NCBI GenBank assembly: GCA_964355715.1
Contig: CAYHEW010000020.1
Span: forward strand, 5,529 to 69,528
Direction: 5' to 3'
DNA: 64,000 nucleotides
From: an uncultured Opitutaceae bacterium
GTDB lineage: Bacteria; Verrucomicrobiota; Verrucomicrobiia; Opitutales; Opitutaceae
Positions 27,271 through 37,358 of the stretch are shown in pieces; position 1 is the first letter of the stretch; each line of letters starts with the position of its first letter. Under the pieces are notes generated by a model, which searched no databases, had not been told where the DNA came from, and was given only the letters and a program-made list of their open reading frames with translations. The translations under genes and the position numbers were made by a program.

Positions 27271-28592
27271 GTGCTGACCCGCCCGCAACAATCCCGCACC
27301 CACTTCTGGCAGCTCGCCGACGGCCTGCTCTGCGCCCTCGCCCTCGCCCTCGCCTACGCGCTGCGTTCGCGGTTCCCGTTCCTCGATCTGCCCGAGCTTC
27401 AGGGCTTCGGCGACTATGTCTGGCTGCTCCTGCTCGCCGGCATCGCCGGGCCGGTCTTCCTGCAGCAACAGGGCTTTTACGACGCAGCCCGGCCCGGCGG
27501 TCGCGGGGCCACGATCCTGCTCATCATGCAGGGCTGCACCTATGCCGTGCTCGCCGTGGTGATCTTCCTCTTCATCGTGCGCGTCCAGTTCGCGCGGTCC
27601 GTCATCATTCTCGGCGGGGCCTTCGCCGCGTTGCTGATCTACGCGCGCTCTGGGCCGGCACGCCGGAGGCGATCGCCCGCCTGCAGCAGGGCCTCACTCC
27701 CGCCGAGCGCGAGCTGCTCGTCACCACCGCGGAGATTGACCCGCGCCCGCCCGACGCCGCCGGCCGCCTGCGGACCGCCCTGCACGCCTACTCAGTCAAC
27801 GTCGTCATGCTCAGCCTCCAGGGCCTCGACGAGCCGCAGGTCGAGACCGTCCTCGCCGCCTGCGACGAGGAAGGCGTCGAGGTCGTGATCCACCCGGGCC
27901 TTGCCGTCGCCTCCCCCTTCCGCCTCACCGTCGACCAACTCGGCGGGATGCCCGTGCTCTACTACCACGCCCAAAGCGCGCGCCCCGGCCACCTGCTGGC
28001 CAAGCAGGTCCTCGACTACGTCGGCGCGGCCGCACTGCTGATCCTGCTCGCGCCGCTCTTCCTCCTGACCGCCCTGGCCGTGCGGGTCTCGTCGCGCGGG
28101 CCCCTGATCTACCGCCAGGAGCGCGCCGGGCTGAACGGCCGGCCATTCACGCTCTACAAGTTCCGCACGATGCGGGTCGACGCCGACGCCCTGAAGGCCG
28201 GTCTCGCCAGCCGGAACGAGATGAGCGGCCCGGTCTTCAAGATCACCAACGACCCGCGCGTCACCGGGCTGGGCCACGTCCTCCGCCGGCACAGCCTCGA
28301 CGAGCTGCCCCAGCTCTGGAACGTGCTGCGCGGCGAGATGAGCCTCGTCGGGCCGCGTCCGCTGCCGGTCGAGGAGGTCCACCGCTTCACCGCCACCGCC
28401 CACCGCCGCCGCCTGAGCGTGAAGCCCGGTCTCACCTGCCTCTGGCAAATCCGCGGCCGCAACGACATCGCCAGCTTCGAGGACTGGGTGCGGCTCGACC
28501 TCGAGTACATCGACCAGTGGTCGCTGTGGCTCGACGTGAAGATCCTGCTGGCGACGGTGCCCGTGGCGCTGTTCGGCCGCGGCGGCCGGTAG
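27271..28592 (+). pseudogene. polyprenyl glycosylphosphotransferase (WbaP/EpsB-type bacterial sugar transferase), frameshifted
   Basis: The N-terminal TM region is in frame 1 (GTG 27271 ...FAALLIYAR). The remainder is in frame 3 (LWAGTPEAIARLQQ... through [41 protein letters not shown]). The frames switch at about 27643-27651 next to a gcgcgc run. Total length is 3n+2. Confidence 0.7.
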
Positions 28593-28608
28593 GTTGCCAG
28601 GAAGGCAT

Positions 28609-28665
28609 CCGTAGGCAGCCCGCATGCGGGCGCGGTTCGAGCGCGAGCGAGCTCGCGGCCTACCG
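28609..28665. repeat. GC-rich REP-like palindromic element (family B)
   Basis: Outer CCGTAGGC / GCCTACCG encloses GCCCGC-at-GCGGGC (28618-28631) and CGCGAGC-ga-GCTCGCG (28642-28657). Confidence 0.6.
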
Positions 28666-28687
28666 AGGCAAAATATCCCTACGCGCC

Positions 28688-29758
28688 CTAGTACCCCCCG
28701 TACTTCCACGCTGTCTCGTACATCGCCAGCACGTTTTCCGTCGGCGAGTTGTCCTGCAGCATGTGCGTCGGGGCGAAGCAATAGCCGCCGCCGGGCATCA
28801 TGATCTCGAGCGTGCGCCGGCAGTAGTCGGCCGTTTCCGCCGCCGTGCCGTACGCGACCGGGCCGGCGGTGCTGATGCAGCCGTGGAAGGCGAGGCGGCC
28901 GCCGAATTTCTGCTTCAGGTAGGCCGGTGCCATGTTCGTCGCCTCAGGCTGGAGCGTGTCGACCACGCCGACGCCCATCGCAATGAAGTCCTCGAAGGCC
29001 CAGCTGCTCGATCCGCAGGAATGCACCATCACCGGCACGTCGTACGCCTTCCCCAGGTCGACGAACCGCTGGTGCAACGGCCGCAGCTGGCGGCGATAAA
29101 GATCCAGGCTCAGCGTCGGTCCGATCTGCGTGCCGAGGTCCTCGCCGAGCCAAAGGAAATCGATGCCGCCCCGCGCCGCCTCGAATGTCCGGCGCAGGAT
29201 CTCGAACTGGATGTCGAGTTTCCGGCGCACCAAGAGCAGGCCGGCCGGTTCGTCCGAGATCAGGTCCACCAGGATCTGCTCCATCGTCCGCAGCATCCCG
29301 CACATGTTGATCACGTCGGGCACGCCGGCGTGGCCGGTGTAGACGCCGAACTCGCGGTGCCGCTCGCACTCCGCGCGCACGCCGCTGTAGTCGTAGTCGT
29401 CGGGCGACGGGAGCGGCCACGCCGCGACTTCCGCCTCGGTCGCGTCGCGCAGCGGGAAGTCGCAGTAGTCCCAGTAGCCGCCCGAGGCGTGCCCGACCCA
29501 GGTGCGGCGGATGCCCCACTCATCGGTCAGGATGCCTCGCTCCGGGATGTCGGGGTGAAGCTTCGGACCGCGGTACGGCGGGTGCACGGCGCGGATGTCC
29601 ACCCGCAGCGCGCGCAGGAGTCCCTCGTGGTCGTCGGCCGCGAGGCCAAAGTGCGCCTTGAGGCGCGCGTCGATGCCGGCGTTGCCGAGGTAGTTGATCG
29701 GCACGCGATCGGGAATACCCCGGGCGAAAGTGGTGCGGACGCGTTGCTTGGAATTCAT
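28688..29758 (-). CDS. URO-D family protein (paralog 4)
   Basis: 356 aa from ATG 29758 (MNSKQRVRTTFARGIPDRVPINY). Motifs: VMVHSCGSSSWAFEDFIAMGVGVVDTLQPEA and FHGCISTAG. No HemE N-terminal motif. Confidence 0.8.
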   Translation of the reverse strand: MNSKQRVRTTFARGIPDRVPINYLGNAGIDARLKAHFGLAADDHEGLLRALRVDIRAVHPPYRGPKLHPDIPERGILTDEWGIRRTWVGHASGGYWDYCDFPLRDATEAEVAAWPLPSPDDYDYSGVRAECERHREFGVYTGHAGVPDVINMCGMLRTMEQILVDLISDEPAGLLLVRRKLDIQFEILRRTFEAARGGIDFLWLGEDLGTQIGPTLSLDLYRRQLRPLHQRFVDLGKAYDVPVMVHSCGSSSWAFEDFIAMGVGVVDTLQPEATNMAPAYLKQKFGGRLAFHGCISTAGPVAYGTAAETADYCRRTLEIMMPGGGYCFAPTHMLQDNSPTENVLAMYETAWKYGGY

Positions 29759-29906
29759 GGGAGCAGGGGAAGTGAAGCGCGAAAGGTCCGCCAGGACGCA
29801 CCACGAAACACGGCGCCCGGACGAATTGAGCAAATGTGCTGGCGGGGATTACGCGGCCTCATGCCTAACCTTTCCCACGTTCGGTGATCGTTGCCCCAAT
29901 CCGTCT

Positions 29907-29971
29907 CACGCGGAGGCGCAGAGGGCGCGGAGTGCGCCAGATCGCCTCCGCGCCCTCCGCGGCTCCGCGTG
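29907..29971. repeat. GCGGAG-module hairpin repeat (family A, single module)
   Basis: cacgcggaggcgcagagggcgcggagtgcg, loop, cgcctccgcgccctccgcggctccgcgtg. Preceded by caatccgtct, which resembles the left edge of the 45588 element. Confidence 0.7.
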
Positions 29972-30094
29972 CGCAAGTGAACGATGAGCGCGTGAAAACG
30001 GCGGCGGCATGATCATTCGGAGTCCGTTCTGATTTTTACTTTTGCGCAACTGTCCCGCGCCGCGTATCCACGGAACCTTCGTTCCCCGCCCCCT

Positions 30095-32068
30095 ATGCCA
30101 TCCCTCAGTGTGACCGATCTGGTCATCATCGGCAGCTACTTCCTGGTGACCCTTGTGGTCGGCGTCATCATGACGCGGAAGGCCAGCCGGAACCTCGACG
30201 AATACTTCCTCGGCGGCCGTTCGCTGCCCTGGTACCTGCTCGGCATGGCCGGCATGGTGAGCTGGTTCGACCTCACCGGCACGATGATGATCACGTCGTT
30301 CCTCTACATGCTCGGGCCGCGCGGCCTGTTCATCGAGTTCCGCGGCGGCGTGGCGCTGATCCTGCCCTTCATGATGGCGTTCACCGCCAAATGGCACCGG
30401 CGCTCCGGCTGCATGACGGCGGCGGAGTGGATGACCTACCGCTTCGGCCACAGCCGCGCCGCGAACTGGATGCGCCTGCTGACAGCCCTGATGTACATCC
30501 TGCTCAGCATCGGCATGCTCGCGTACCTCATCCGGGGCACGAGCCTCTTCGTGGGCCTCTTCGTCCCGTACCCGCCGATGCTCGTCACGGCCGTCCTCAT
30601 CGCGATCTGCGCGGTCTACACGATGCTGTCGGGCTTCTACGGCGTGGTGCTCACCGACCTCGTGCAGGGCCTCATCATCGTCGCGGCGGCCTTTCTCATC
30701 GGCTTCATCGCCTGGCAGGCGACGCCCGACCTGGCCACGCTCAACGCGCTGGCCGAGCGCGTGACGGGCAACGCCTACTGGACCTCGAGCGTGCCGCACG
30801 TGCGCACCACGATGCCGCGGGGCTACGAGATGTACGAGACGCTGCTGATGTTCGCCATGTTTTACCTGCTGCGCAACGTGATCGGCGGACTCGGCACCGG
30901 CGCCGAGAGCCGCTACTTCGGCGCCCGCAGCGACCGCGAGTGCGGGCTGCAGTCGATGATGCAGGGCCTGCTGATCGCCTTCCGCTGGCCGCTGATGATC
31001 AGCTTCGCGGTGCTGGGGCTCTTCCTCGTGGAGCGGTTCTTCCCGCGGCCCGCGTTGCTCCAGGAGGCGGCGGCGGTGGTGCACCGGCACTATCCCGACA
31101 CGCCGCCGGCCTACTGGCACGACGTGACCAGCGACATCGTCCACCGGCCCGAGGCCGCCCCGGCCGTCGCCGCCGAGCTGGCCACGGTACTCGGACCGAC
31201 CTGGAAGGAAAAGCTGCCCATGGTCAGCGTCTACGGCACCATCAATCCGGAGCAGATCCTGCCAGCCGTTCTCATCAACAGCGTCCCCGCTGGCCTGCGC
31301 GGTTTCTTCCTCGTCGCCATGCTCGCCGCGATGATGTCCACCCTCACCGGCACCGTGAACCAGGCGGCGGCCATGATGGTGCGCGACATCTATCAGGACC
31401 GCCTCCGACCCGCCGCCGGCAACCGCGAGCTGCTCTTCGCCTCCTACGGTTCCGCGGCCCTCATTCTGGTCCTGGGCTTCTGGATGGGCGTGAACGCCGG
31501 CAGCATCAACGACCTCTGGGGCTGGCTTTCGATGAGCCTCACGGCCGGCATGTTCGCGCCGCAGGTCCTGCGCCTCTACTGGTGGCGCTGCAACGGCTGG
31601 GGGGTCGTCGGCGGCACCGCCTTCGGCTGCCTCGGCGCGATCCTGCAGCGGATCTTCCTGCCCACGCTCGTCGAGTGGCAGCAGCTCCTCGCGATGACGG
31701 CCCTCTCCTTCGCGAGCACGATCATCTGCTCGCTCCTCACCGCTCCCACCGCGCCTGAGACGCTGCGCCACTTCTACCGCACCACGCGCCCCTTCGGCGC
31801 CTGGGGCCCGCTCCGCGCCGAACTGCCGGCGGCCGAGCGCGCCGCCAACGACCGCGAACACCGCAACGACCTGCTCTCCATCCCCTTCATCATGCTCGCG
31901 CAGGTCGCGCTGTTCCTGATGACGATGCAGTTCATGATCCGCTCCTGGACCGCCTTCGCGTGGACCGCCGCCCTGCTGGCCGTCGGCGTCGCCGGCACCT
32001 ACCGCTACTGGTGGAAGAACCTCGCGCCGGCGGACAACCCGGGCACGGACCTCGCGGAAAAGAGCTGA
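30095..32068 (+). CDS. sodium:solute symporter (SSS) family transporter
   Basis: 657 aa and polytopic. N-terminus LVIIGSYFLVTLVVGVIMTRKASRNLDEYFLGGRSLPW is typical of the SSF family. Confidence 0.85.
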   Translation: MPSLSVTDLVIIGSYFLVTLVVGVIMTRKASRNLDEYFLGGRSLPWYLLGMAGMVSWFDLTGTMMITSFLYMLGPRGLFIEFRGGVALILPFMMAFTAKWHRRSGCMTAAEWMTYRFGHSRAANWMRLLTALMYILLSIGMLAYLIRGTSLFVGLFVPYPPMLVTAVLIAICAVYTMLSGFYGVVLTDLVQGLIIVAAAFLIGFIAWQATPDLATLNALAERVTGNAYWTSSVPHVRTTMPRGYEMYETLLMFAMFYLLRNVIGGLGTGAESRYFGARSDRECGLQSMMQGLLIAFRWPLMISFAVLGLFLVERFFPRPALLQEAAAVVHRHYPDTPPAYWHDVTSDIVHRPEAAPAVAAELATVLGPTWKEKLPMVSVYGTINPEQILPAVLINSVPAGLRGFFLVAMLAAMMSTLTGTVNQAAAMMVRDIYQDRLRPAAGNRELLFASYGSAALILVLGFWMGVNAGSINDLWGWLSMSLTAGMFAPQVLRLYWWRCNGWGVVGGTAFGCLGAILQRIFLPTLVEWQQLLAMTALSFASTIICSLLTAPTAPETLRHFYRTTRPFGAWGPLRAELPAAERAANDREHRNDLLSIPFIMLAQVALFLMTMQFMIRSWTAFAWTAALLAVGVAGTYRYWWKNLAPADNPGTDLAEKS

Positions 32069-32266
32069 GTGCGACCGCGGAGTTTTTAACCACGGATTAC
32101 ACGGATTGCACGGATCCGATCCCAGACCACGATCCGGGTTAACCACTTATTCACACTGATCATCACTGATCCCAATCAGTGCTCATCAGTGTATATCAGT
32201 GGTTTTATAGGATTGGATCCGTGGTATCCGTGTAATCCGTGGTTTAAGATCGATGACCGCGGTCAC
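32069..32266. repeat. composite nested palindrome (family A: GCGG + CACGGAT + CACTGAT modules)
   Basis: Outer arms are gtgcgaccgcggag.../...gaccgcggtcac. Middle arms are aaccacggattacacggattgcacggatcc / ggatccgtggtatccgtgtaatccgtggtt. Inner arms are aaccacttattcacactgatcatcactgat / atcagtgctcatcagtgtatatcagtggtt around a ccca loop. Lies between convergent genes. The right edge overlaps the permease stop codon. Confidence 0.8.
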
Positions 32267-33207
32267 AGTTTCACCGCGCCGCTGGTTATGCCGCGGATGA
32301 AGGGCTTGGTGGCGTAGATGAACATCAGGAGCAGCGGAATGCTGCTCAGCACGTAGGCGGCGTACATCGTGCTCGAGCTCGAGGCCACGCCGGAGCGGGC
32401 CATGGTGTAGAGGCCGGAGGCAACGACCTGGTGTTGGTCATTGGTGTTCACGATGAAGGGCCACAAGAAATTGTTCCAGGTGCCGAGGATGTTCATGATG
32501 ATCACGACCGAGAAGACCGGACGCGACAACGGCAGGACGATGTTCCAGTACAGGCCCCAGTGGCCGGCGCCGTCGAGCCGGGCGGACTCGAAGAGCTCCT
32601 CAGGCAGGCCGGTGAAAAAGCTCCGAAAAACGAAGATCGCGAACACCTGCCCGCCCGCGACGTACGGCAGGACCATCGCCCAGTAGGTGTTCAGGAGCCC
32701 CAACTGCTTCACGAGGAGAAAACTGGGCACCAGCGTCAGCACCCCGGGGAAGATCATCGTCGCCAAAATGAACCCAAAGATAAAGTCGCGCCCAAGGAAC
32801 CGGTACCGCGCAAGCAGGTAGGCGGTCCCGGATCCGAGCGCCGCCACACCCAGAGCCGTGAGTCCGGACACAACGAAGGAATTGAACAGATACGGCCGCA
32901 GCACCGTCCAGGCCCGGCGGATGCCCAGCGTGAGCTTGTCCCAGTGATGCGCCGCAGCCGCGCCCGGAGTCATGGACCTGACCTCGCCGCTCTCGAGTTG
33001 GACCGACAGCGGACGATCATCACCCGTCACCTGTCGCCAGCCGGCCCGCCCGATTCCGATCAATGCATCCGGCGGACCGAAGAACGTACGGTTATACTCG
33101 AAATTATCGCGGAGCGCGTTGTTTACCACGAAGACGAACGGCAGCAGCGTCAGCGCGGCGGTGCACACGAGCACCGCATGGATGGCGAAGAGCCGGGCGC
33201 GGCTCAT
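32263..33207 (-). CDS. carbohydrate ABC transporter permease (MalG-like)
   Basis: 314 aa from ATG 33207 (MSRARLFAIHAVLV...). EAA-type loop ESARLDGAGHWGLYWNIVLPLSRP. The start overlaps the upstream stop (ATGA). Confidence 0.85.
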   Translation of the reverse strand: MSRARLFAIHAVLVCTAALTLLPFVFVVNNALRDNFEYNRTFFGPPDALIGIGRAGWRQVTGDDRPLSVQLESGEVRSMTPGAAAAHHWDKLTLGIRRAWTVLRPYLFNSFVVSGLTALGVAALGSGTAYLLARYRFLGRDFIFGFILATMIFPGVLTLVPSFLLVKQLGLLNTYWAMVLPYVAGGQVFAIFVFRSFFTGLPEELFESARLDGAGHWGLYWNIVLPLSRPVFSVVIIMNILGTWNNFLWPFIVNTNDQHQVVASGLYTMARSGVASSSSTMYAAYVLSSIPLLLMFIYATKPFIRGITSGAVKL

Positions 33208-34124
33208 GACGACCCTCCCTGCACTTCCTCTGCCGAGCGGAAATAGCGGAGGTTCAGCAGCGTCAGGCCCAAGATCGCGACGAACAGCAGCACGCCGATG
33301 GCGCAGGCATAGCCCATGCGCTGGAAGGAGAAGGCGTTGTAGTACATCCACAGGCCCGGGACCATTGTCTCGAAGCCCGGCCCGCCCTGCGTCAGGACGA
33401 GGATGCCCTCGAAACCCTGCAGCCCGCCGATGACCGTGAGGACCAGAATGAGCTTCAGCTGGCTGAGCACGAGCGGCACGTCGATGCGGAGAAATTTGCT
33501 CACGCCCGTGCAACCCTCGAGCGCCGCGGCCTCGTTGACGCTCTCCGGGATCGCGGAAAGCCCGGCGTAGTAGATGAGCACCTCGAAGCCGCCGGCGAAC
33601 GGAAAGCCGAAGCACATCAGCGCCAGGAGCGCGGTCTCCGGGTCGTTGAGCCACGCGTGGGCCCAGTCTGCCAAACCGACGGTCCGGAGGAACTCGTTGA
33701 TCAGGCCGTAGTCGGCGTAGATCATCCGCGACCACAGGAGCTGCACCGCCACGCCGGGAACGACGATCGGGATGAGGAAGACGAGGCGGTAGATATACCG
33801 CGTGCGCTCGAACGGCAGCGAATGGATCAACTTCGCCACCACGAGCGGGAAGGTCAGCCGCACCGCCACGCCAACCGCGGTGAGGAGGAACATGGTCAGC
33901 ACCGACGGCCAGGTGGGCGGATCGGCGAAGAGGTACTCGTCGTAATTGGCGAGGCCCACAAAGCGCGCCGGGCTGCCGACCTCGAATTCGTAGAGCGATT
34001 TGACGAACGCCCACGTGACCGGCACGTACACAAACGTCAGGAGCAGCAGCACGCTCGGCAGCAGGAGGGCATGGCAGCCCGCGGCGAAGCGCAGGCGGGC
34101 GGGATTGAGATTGGACGCCTTCAT
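33204..34124 (-). CDS. carbohydrate ABC transporter permease (MalF-like)
   Basis: 306 aa. EAA loop NEAAALEGCTGVSKFLRIDVPL. Has a 4-nt overlap with the upstream gene. Confidence 0.85.
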   Translation of the reverse strand: MKASNLNPARLRFAAGCHALLLPSVLLLLTFVYVPVTWAFVKSLYEFEVGSPARFVGLANYDEYLFADPPTWPSVLTMFLLTAVGVAVRLTFPLVVAKLIHSLPFERTRYIYRLVFLIPIVVPGVAVQLLWSRMIYADYGLINEFLRTVGLADWAHAWLNDPETALLALMCFGFPFAGGFEVLIYYAGLSAIPESVNEAAALEGCTGVSKFLRIDVPLVLSQLKLILVLTVIGGLQGFEGILVLTQGGPGFETMVPGLWMYYNAFSFQRMGYACAIGVLLFVAILGLTLLNLRYFRSAEEVQGGSS

Positions 34125-35737
34125 CGGTCAGGCGGCGGGGTTGGCAGATCGCTGAAGCCGGCCCGCACCGACGCCATGCGCTCCCACTCCTGTTGCAGCG
34201 GCGCGAAGTCGAATCTCATCCGCTGCACGAAATTGCCGCTCGCAGTCGCGACGTTGCCCTCCTGCCAGCGCATGAACTCGTCCAGCGTGATCGCGCCGGT
34301 CAGGTACAGGTGCAGCGTGCGCTTGAGGATGTCGGTGAAGCGCAGGTCGAACGAATACACCCACTTGGTCGTCGTATAGCGCCGCTTCAGGATCTCGACG
34401 AACGGATCGAGCTGCGGGTGGGCCGGCACCCCGACGATATTGGGCACGAACGCCTGGAACTCGTTCACGATGCGGGCGGTATTCTCCGGCAGGCAGATGA
34501 ACTGCAGGAGCGCCACCACGCGCTGCAACCGCTGGGAACGCACCATGCGCTCGGCGAACGGCAGCGCCGGATCGGTGTCGCTGAGCGCCGAGTTGGTCAC
34601 CTCCAGCTGGTTGCCCACGCCGCCGATCACGCACATCGGCAAGCCCGACGCATACGGCGAGTCGGCCGGAAACATCGGGGGCGGATAAAAGACGCCCCAG
34701 TCGAAGCCGAGCTGCTTGTCCGCATGCAGGCGGTAGACGAACCAGCTGCCGTTCCAGATCATCGCTGCCTGCTGCGTCACGAACTCGCGCACGAAATCCT
34801 GGTTGTTGATGTCCTTGGTCAGGTAGGGCCGCAGTTCTCCCAGCTTGCGCCACACCTCGACATAGCGCGGATCGCGCCGGGTGAAGAAGCCTTGGCGCTG
34901 CAGAAAGGCGAGTTCCTCGGGATCCAGGTAGCCCTGCAGGTAGGCCGCCCGCACCGGGTCGTCTTTCTTCACGTCGATGCCGGGCAGCAGGTCGCGGTAG
35001 AATTGATCGAAGACGAGGTCCGAGCCCCAGTCGGCGAGGCAGTCGACATTCGTGAGCAAAGGCGTCAGCCCGAGCTCCTGCGCGCGCTGCAGCAGGGCAA
35101 TGAACTCCGACCAGCTCTCCGGCGGTCGAAGGCCATGCGCGTCGAACAGGGTCTTGTTGTAGAAGATGCCGGTCTCGACCATGTCGAGACTGATGCAGTA
35201 GTTGTTGCCGTCCGGCGCCGCCTTGCCGCGCGTGATCGCCTGGTAGACAAACATGTCCCACCACTGCCGGGCACCCGGTGCCCGGGGATCGCCCTTGGCC
35301 ACCACGAAGGGATTGGGCTGCTCAAGAAAGCGGTCGAGCGGTACATACCACTGTTTCTGCGCGTCGACCCACACGTCCTCGACGTTGACGGCCACGATGT
35401 CGGGCGCCGCACCACCGCTGAGCTGGGTGACGAGAAACTCCCGCTCGATCGGCACCGCAATGATCTCCACCCGCGTGTCCGGAAACCGGGCCTCGAAGTC
35501 CGCCACCACCTGCGCCAGCCCCTGCAGCGGCTGCCCCACGCCCTGCGGCAGTGAGCCCGGCAGGTAGGACTGGGGCGCCGCCAGCCGCAGCACATAGGCG
35601 TGCTCCACAGGTGCAGCGGACGCCTCCACGCCGGCCGCAGCCGGCGGCCGTTCGGGCCAGAACAGGACCACGGCCGCCCCGAGGATCACCACGAGGGAAA
35701 GACGGCGGATCAGCCGGACTGCAGGGGGGCGGGGCAC
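34121..35737 (-). CDS. extracellular solute-binding protein (large, family-1-like)
   Basis: SBP-like layout with a hydrophobic N-terminal anchor (LIRRLSLVVILGAAVVLF). No ATG lies close to the anchor. GTG 35737 is proposed as the start. The maximal ORF extends to 35902. Confidence 0.65.
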   Translation of the reverse strand: MPRPPAVRLIRRLSLVVILGAAVVLFWPERPPAAAGVEASAAPVEHAYVLRLAAPQSYLPGSLPQGVGQPLQGLAQVVADFEARFPDTRVEIIAVPIEREFLVTQLSGGAAPDIVAVNVEDVWVDAQKQWYVPLDRFLEQPNPFVVAKGDPRAPGARQWWDMFVYQAITRGKAAPDGNNYCISLDMVETGIFYNKTLFDAHGLRPPESWSEFIALLQRAQELGLTPLLTNVDCLADWGSDLVFDQFYRDLLPGIDVKKDDPVRAAYLQGYLDPEELAFLQRQGFFTRRDPRYVEVWRKLGELRPYLTKDINNQDFVREFVTQQAAMIWNGSWFVYRLHADKQLGFDWGVFYPPPMFPADSPYASGLPMCVIGGVGNQLEVTNSALSDTDPALPFAERMVRSQRLQRVVALLQFICLPENTARIVNEFQAFVPNIVGVPAHPQLDPFVEILKRRYTTTKWVYSFDLRFTDILKRTLHLYLTGAITLDEFMRWQEGNVATASGNFVQRMRFDFAPLQQEWERMASVRAGFSDLPTPPPDR

Positions 35738-35928
35738 GACAGGAAAGGCCCTGAGTGAATGCAGGCCCCACGGCAGCGCACGCCAATTCTCTGCGCGTGG
35801 ATTGGCGTCACTCGCCCGATACCCGGCAGGTAGTCGAACTGTCCCCTCCGCCACCCGGTTGCGCGCAGCGCCGGATCGTCCGAGGTTGACCCGACAACGC
35901 ACCTCCGTGCGCCCAACCCCTCCCGCGT

Positions 35929-37320
35929 ATGATCGCTCCCCCGCCCCGTCTTGCCATGACCCTGCTGCTTGCCTCCCTGGCCGCCCTGCCTGCCGCCGGC
36001 CGCATCGGTGACCGTTTCCCGTCGGAAAAGAAGGTCGTCATCGACCCCGTGACCGGCGTGCCCTTGACGTTTTTGACGAGCACCGCCAACGGCGACTCGA
36101 AGATCTACCAGACTCACCGCCAGTGGACCGCCGACGGCCAGTGGCTCGTCTTCCGCTCCAGCCGCGTGCGCGGCCAGGCCATGGCCGTGCACGAGGAGAG
36201 CGGCGTCATCGTGCAGGTGACCGAGCACGGCTACGCCGGCATGCTCTGCCTCGCCGCCAAGTCGAACAAACTCTACTTCCTCCGCCCGCAGCTCCTCGCC
36301 GCCCCCGCCGCCGTCACCGGTGCCGAGCCGGCCACCGGCGCCGCCCCGACGGCCAAGAACGCGCGCGGTCCCTCGCAGATCATCGAGGTCGACCTGGACA
36401 AGCTGTTCGCCGACAGCGCCGCCGGCACCGTGCAGGCGGCCGAGGTCTATGAACGCGTCTGCGGCACCATCCCGCTCGCCTGGGGCGCCGGCGGCGACAT
36501 GGCACTCGACGCCGACGAGCAGGTCGCGTTCTTCCGCGTCGGCCCCGAGGAATCGGCCAAGCACCTCCCAGCCGGAACGAAGATCGAGGCGAACTTCGGT
36601 CCGCGCAACATGGGCGCCGGTCCGAACGGACTCGGGCGCATGGACCTCCGCACGGGCGAGGTCTCGTTTGTCGTCGCCGTGCCCTTCCAGATCGGCCACG
36701 TGCAGACGAATCCCTGGGTGCCAGGCGAAATCGTCTTCTGCTGGGAAACCGGCGGAAAATCGCCGCAGCGCACCTGGACCGTGCGCGGCGAGGGCACCGG
36801 GCTTCGGCCGCTCTATCCCGAGGCGGATTTCGAATGGGTCACCCACGAGGCCATCATCACGCCCGCCGAGGTGGCTATCGCCATCATGGGTCACCGCGAC
36901 CCCGACCTGACCGATGCGTGGGGCAAGTGCGGTTCGCGCGAGAAGCCCACCGGCCTCGGCATCGTCAACCTGCGTACGCGCGAGATGCGCATCGCCGGCC
37001 AGACCAAGAGCGGCAGCGGTCTCTGGCACGTCCACGGTTCGCCCGACGGACGCTGGGCTGTCGGCGACGACTTTGCCCGCAGTCTCTACCTGATCGATCG
37101 CACCAACGACGAGGTGATCCTCCTCTCCGCCGGCCACAAGGCCACCGCCGCGGACCACCCGCACCCGACCTTCAGCCCCGACGGCACGCGCATCCAGATC
37201 CAGTCCGCCATGATCTCTGAAGACGGTCGCGACATGAACATCTGCATCATCCCGGTGCCGGAAAAACTGCTCAAGCGCACCTACCCCGCGCCCGCACCGA
37301 CGGTGCTGGCGAAACCGTAA
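35929..37320 (+). CDS. secreted TolB-like beta-propeller protein, oligogalacturonide-lyase (PL22)-like
   Basis: Signal peptide, then propeller-type repeats (HRQWTADGQWLVFRS; HVHGSPDGRWAV; HPHPTFSPDGTRIQIQS). The PL22 assignment was made by eye only. Confidence 0.45.
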   Translation: MIAPPPRLAMTLLLASLAALPAAGRIGDRFPSEKKVVIDPVTGVPLTFLTSTANGDSKIYQTHRQWTADGQWLVFRSSRVRGQAMAVHEESGVIVQVTEHGYAGMLCLAAKSNKLYFLRPQLLAAPAAVTGAEPATGAAPTAKNARGPSQIIEVDLDKLFADSAAGTVQAAEVYERVCGTIPLAWGAGGDMALDADEQVAFFRVGPEESAKHLPAGTKIEANFGPRNMGAGPNGLGRMDLRTGEVSFVVAVPFQIGHVQTNPWVPGEIVFCWETGGKSPQRTWTVRGEGTGLRPLYPEADFEWVTHEAIITPAEVAIAIMGHRDPDLTDAWGKCGSREKPTGLGIVNLRTREMRIAGQTKSGSGLWHVHGSPDGRWAVGDDFARSLYLIDRTNDEVILLSAGHKATAADHPHPTFSPDGTRIQIQSAMISEDGRDMNICIIPVPEKLLKRTYPAPAPTVLAKP

Positions 37321-37358
37321 TTGCCGCGGGTCGGGCGCTGCCCAAAGCCAATCGATCC

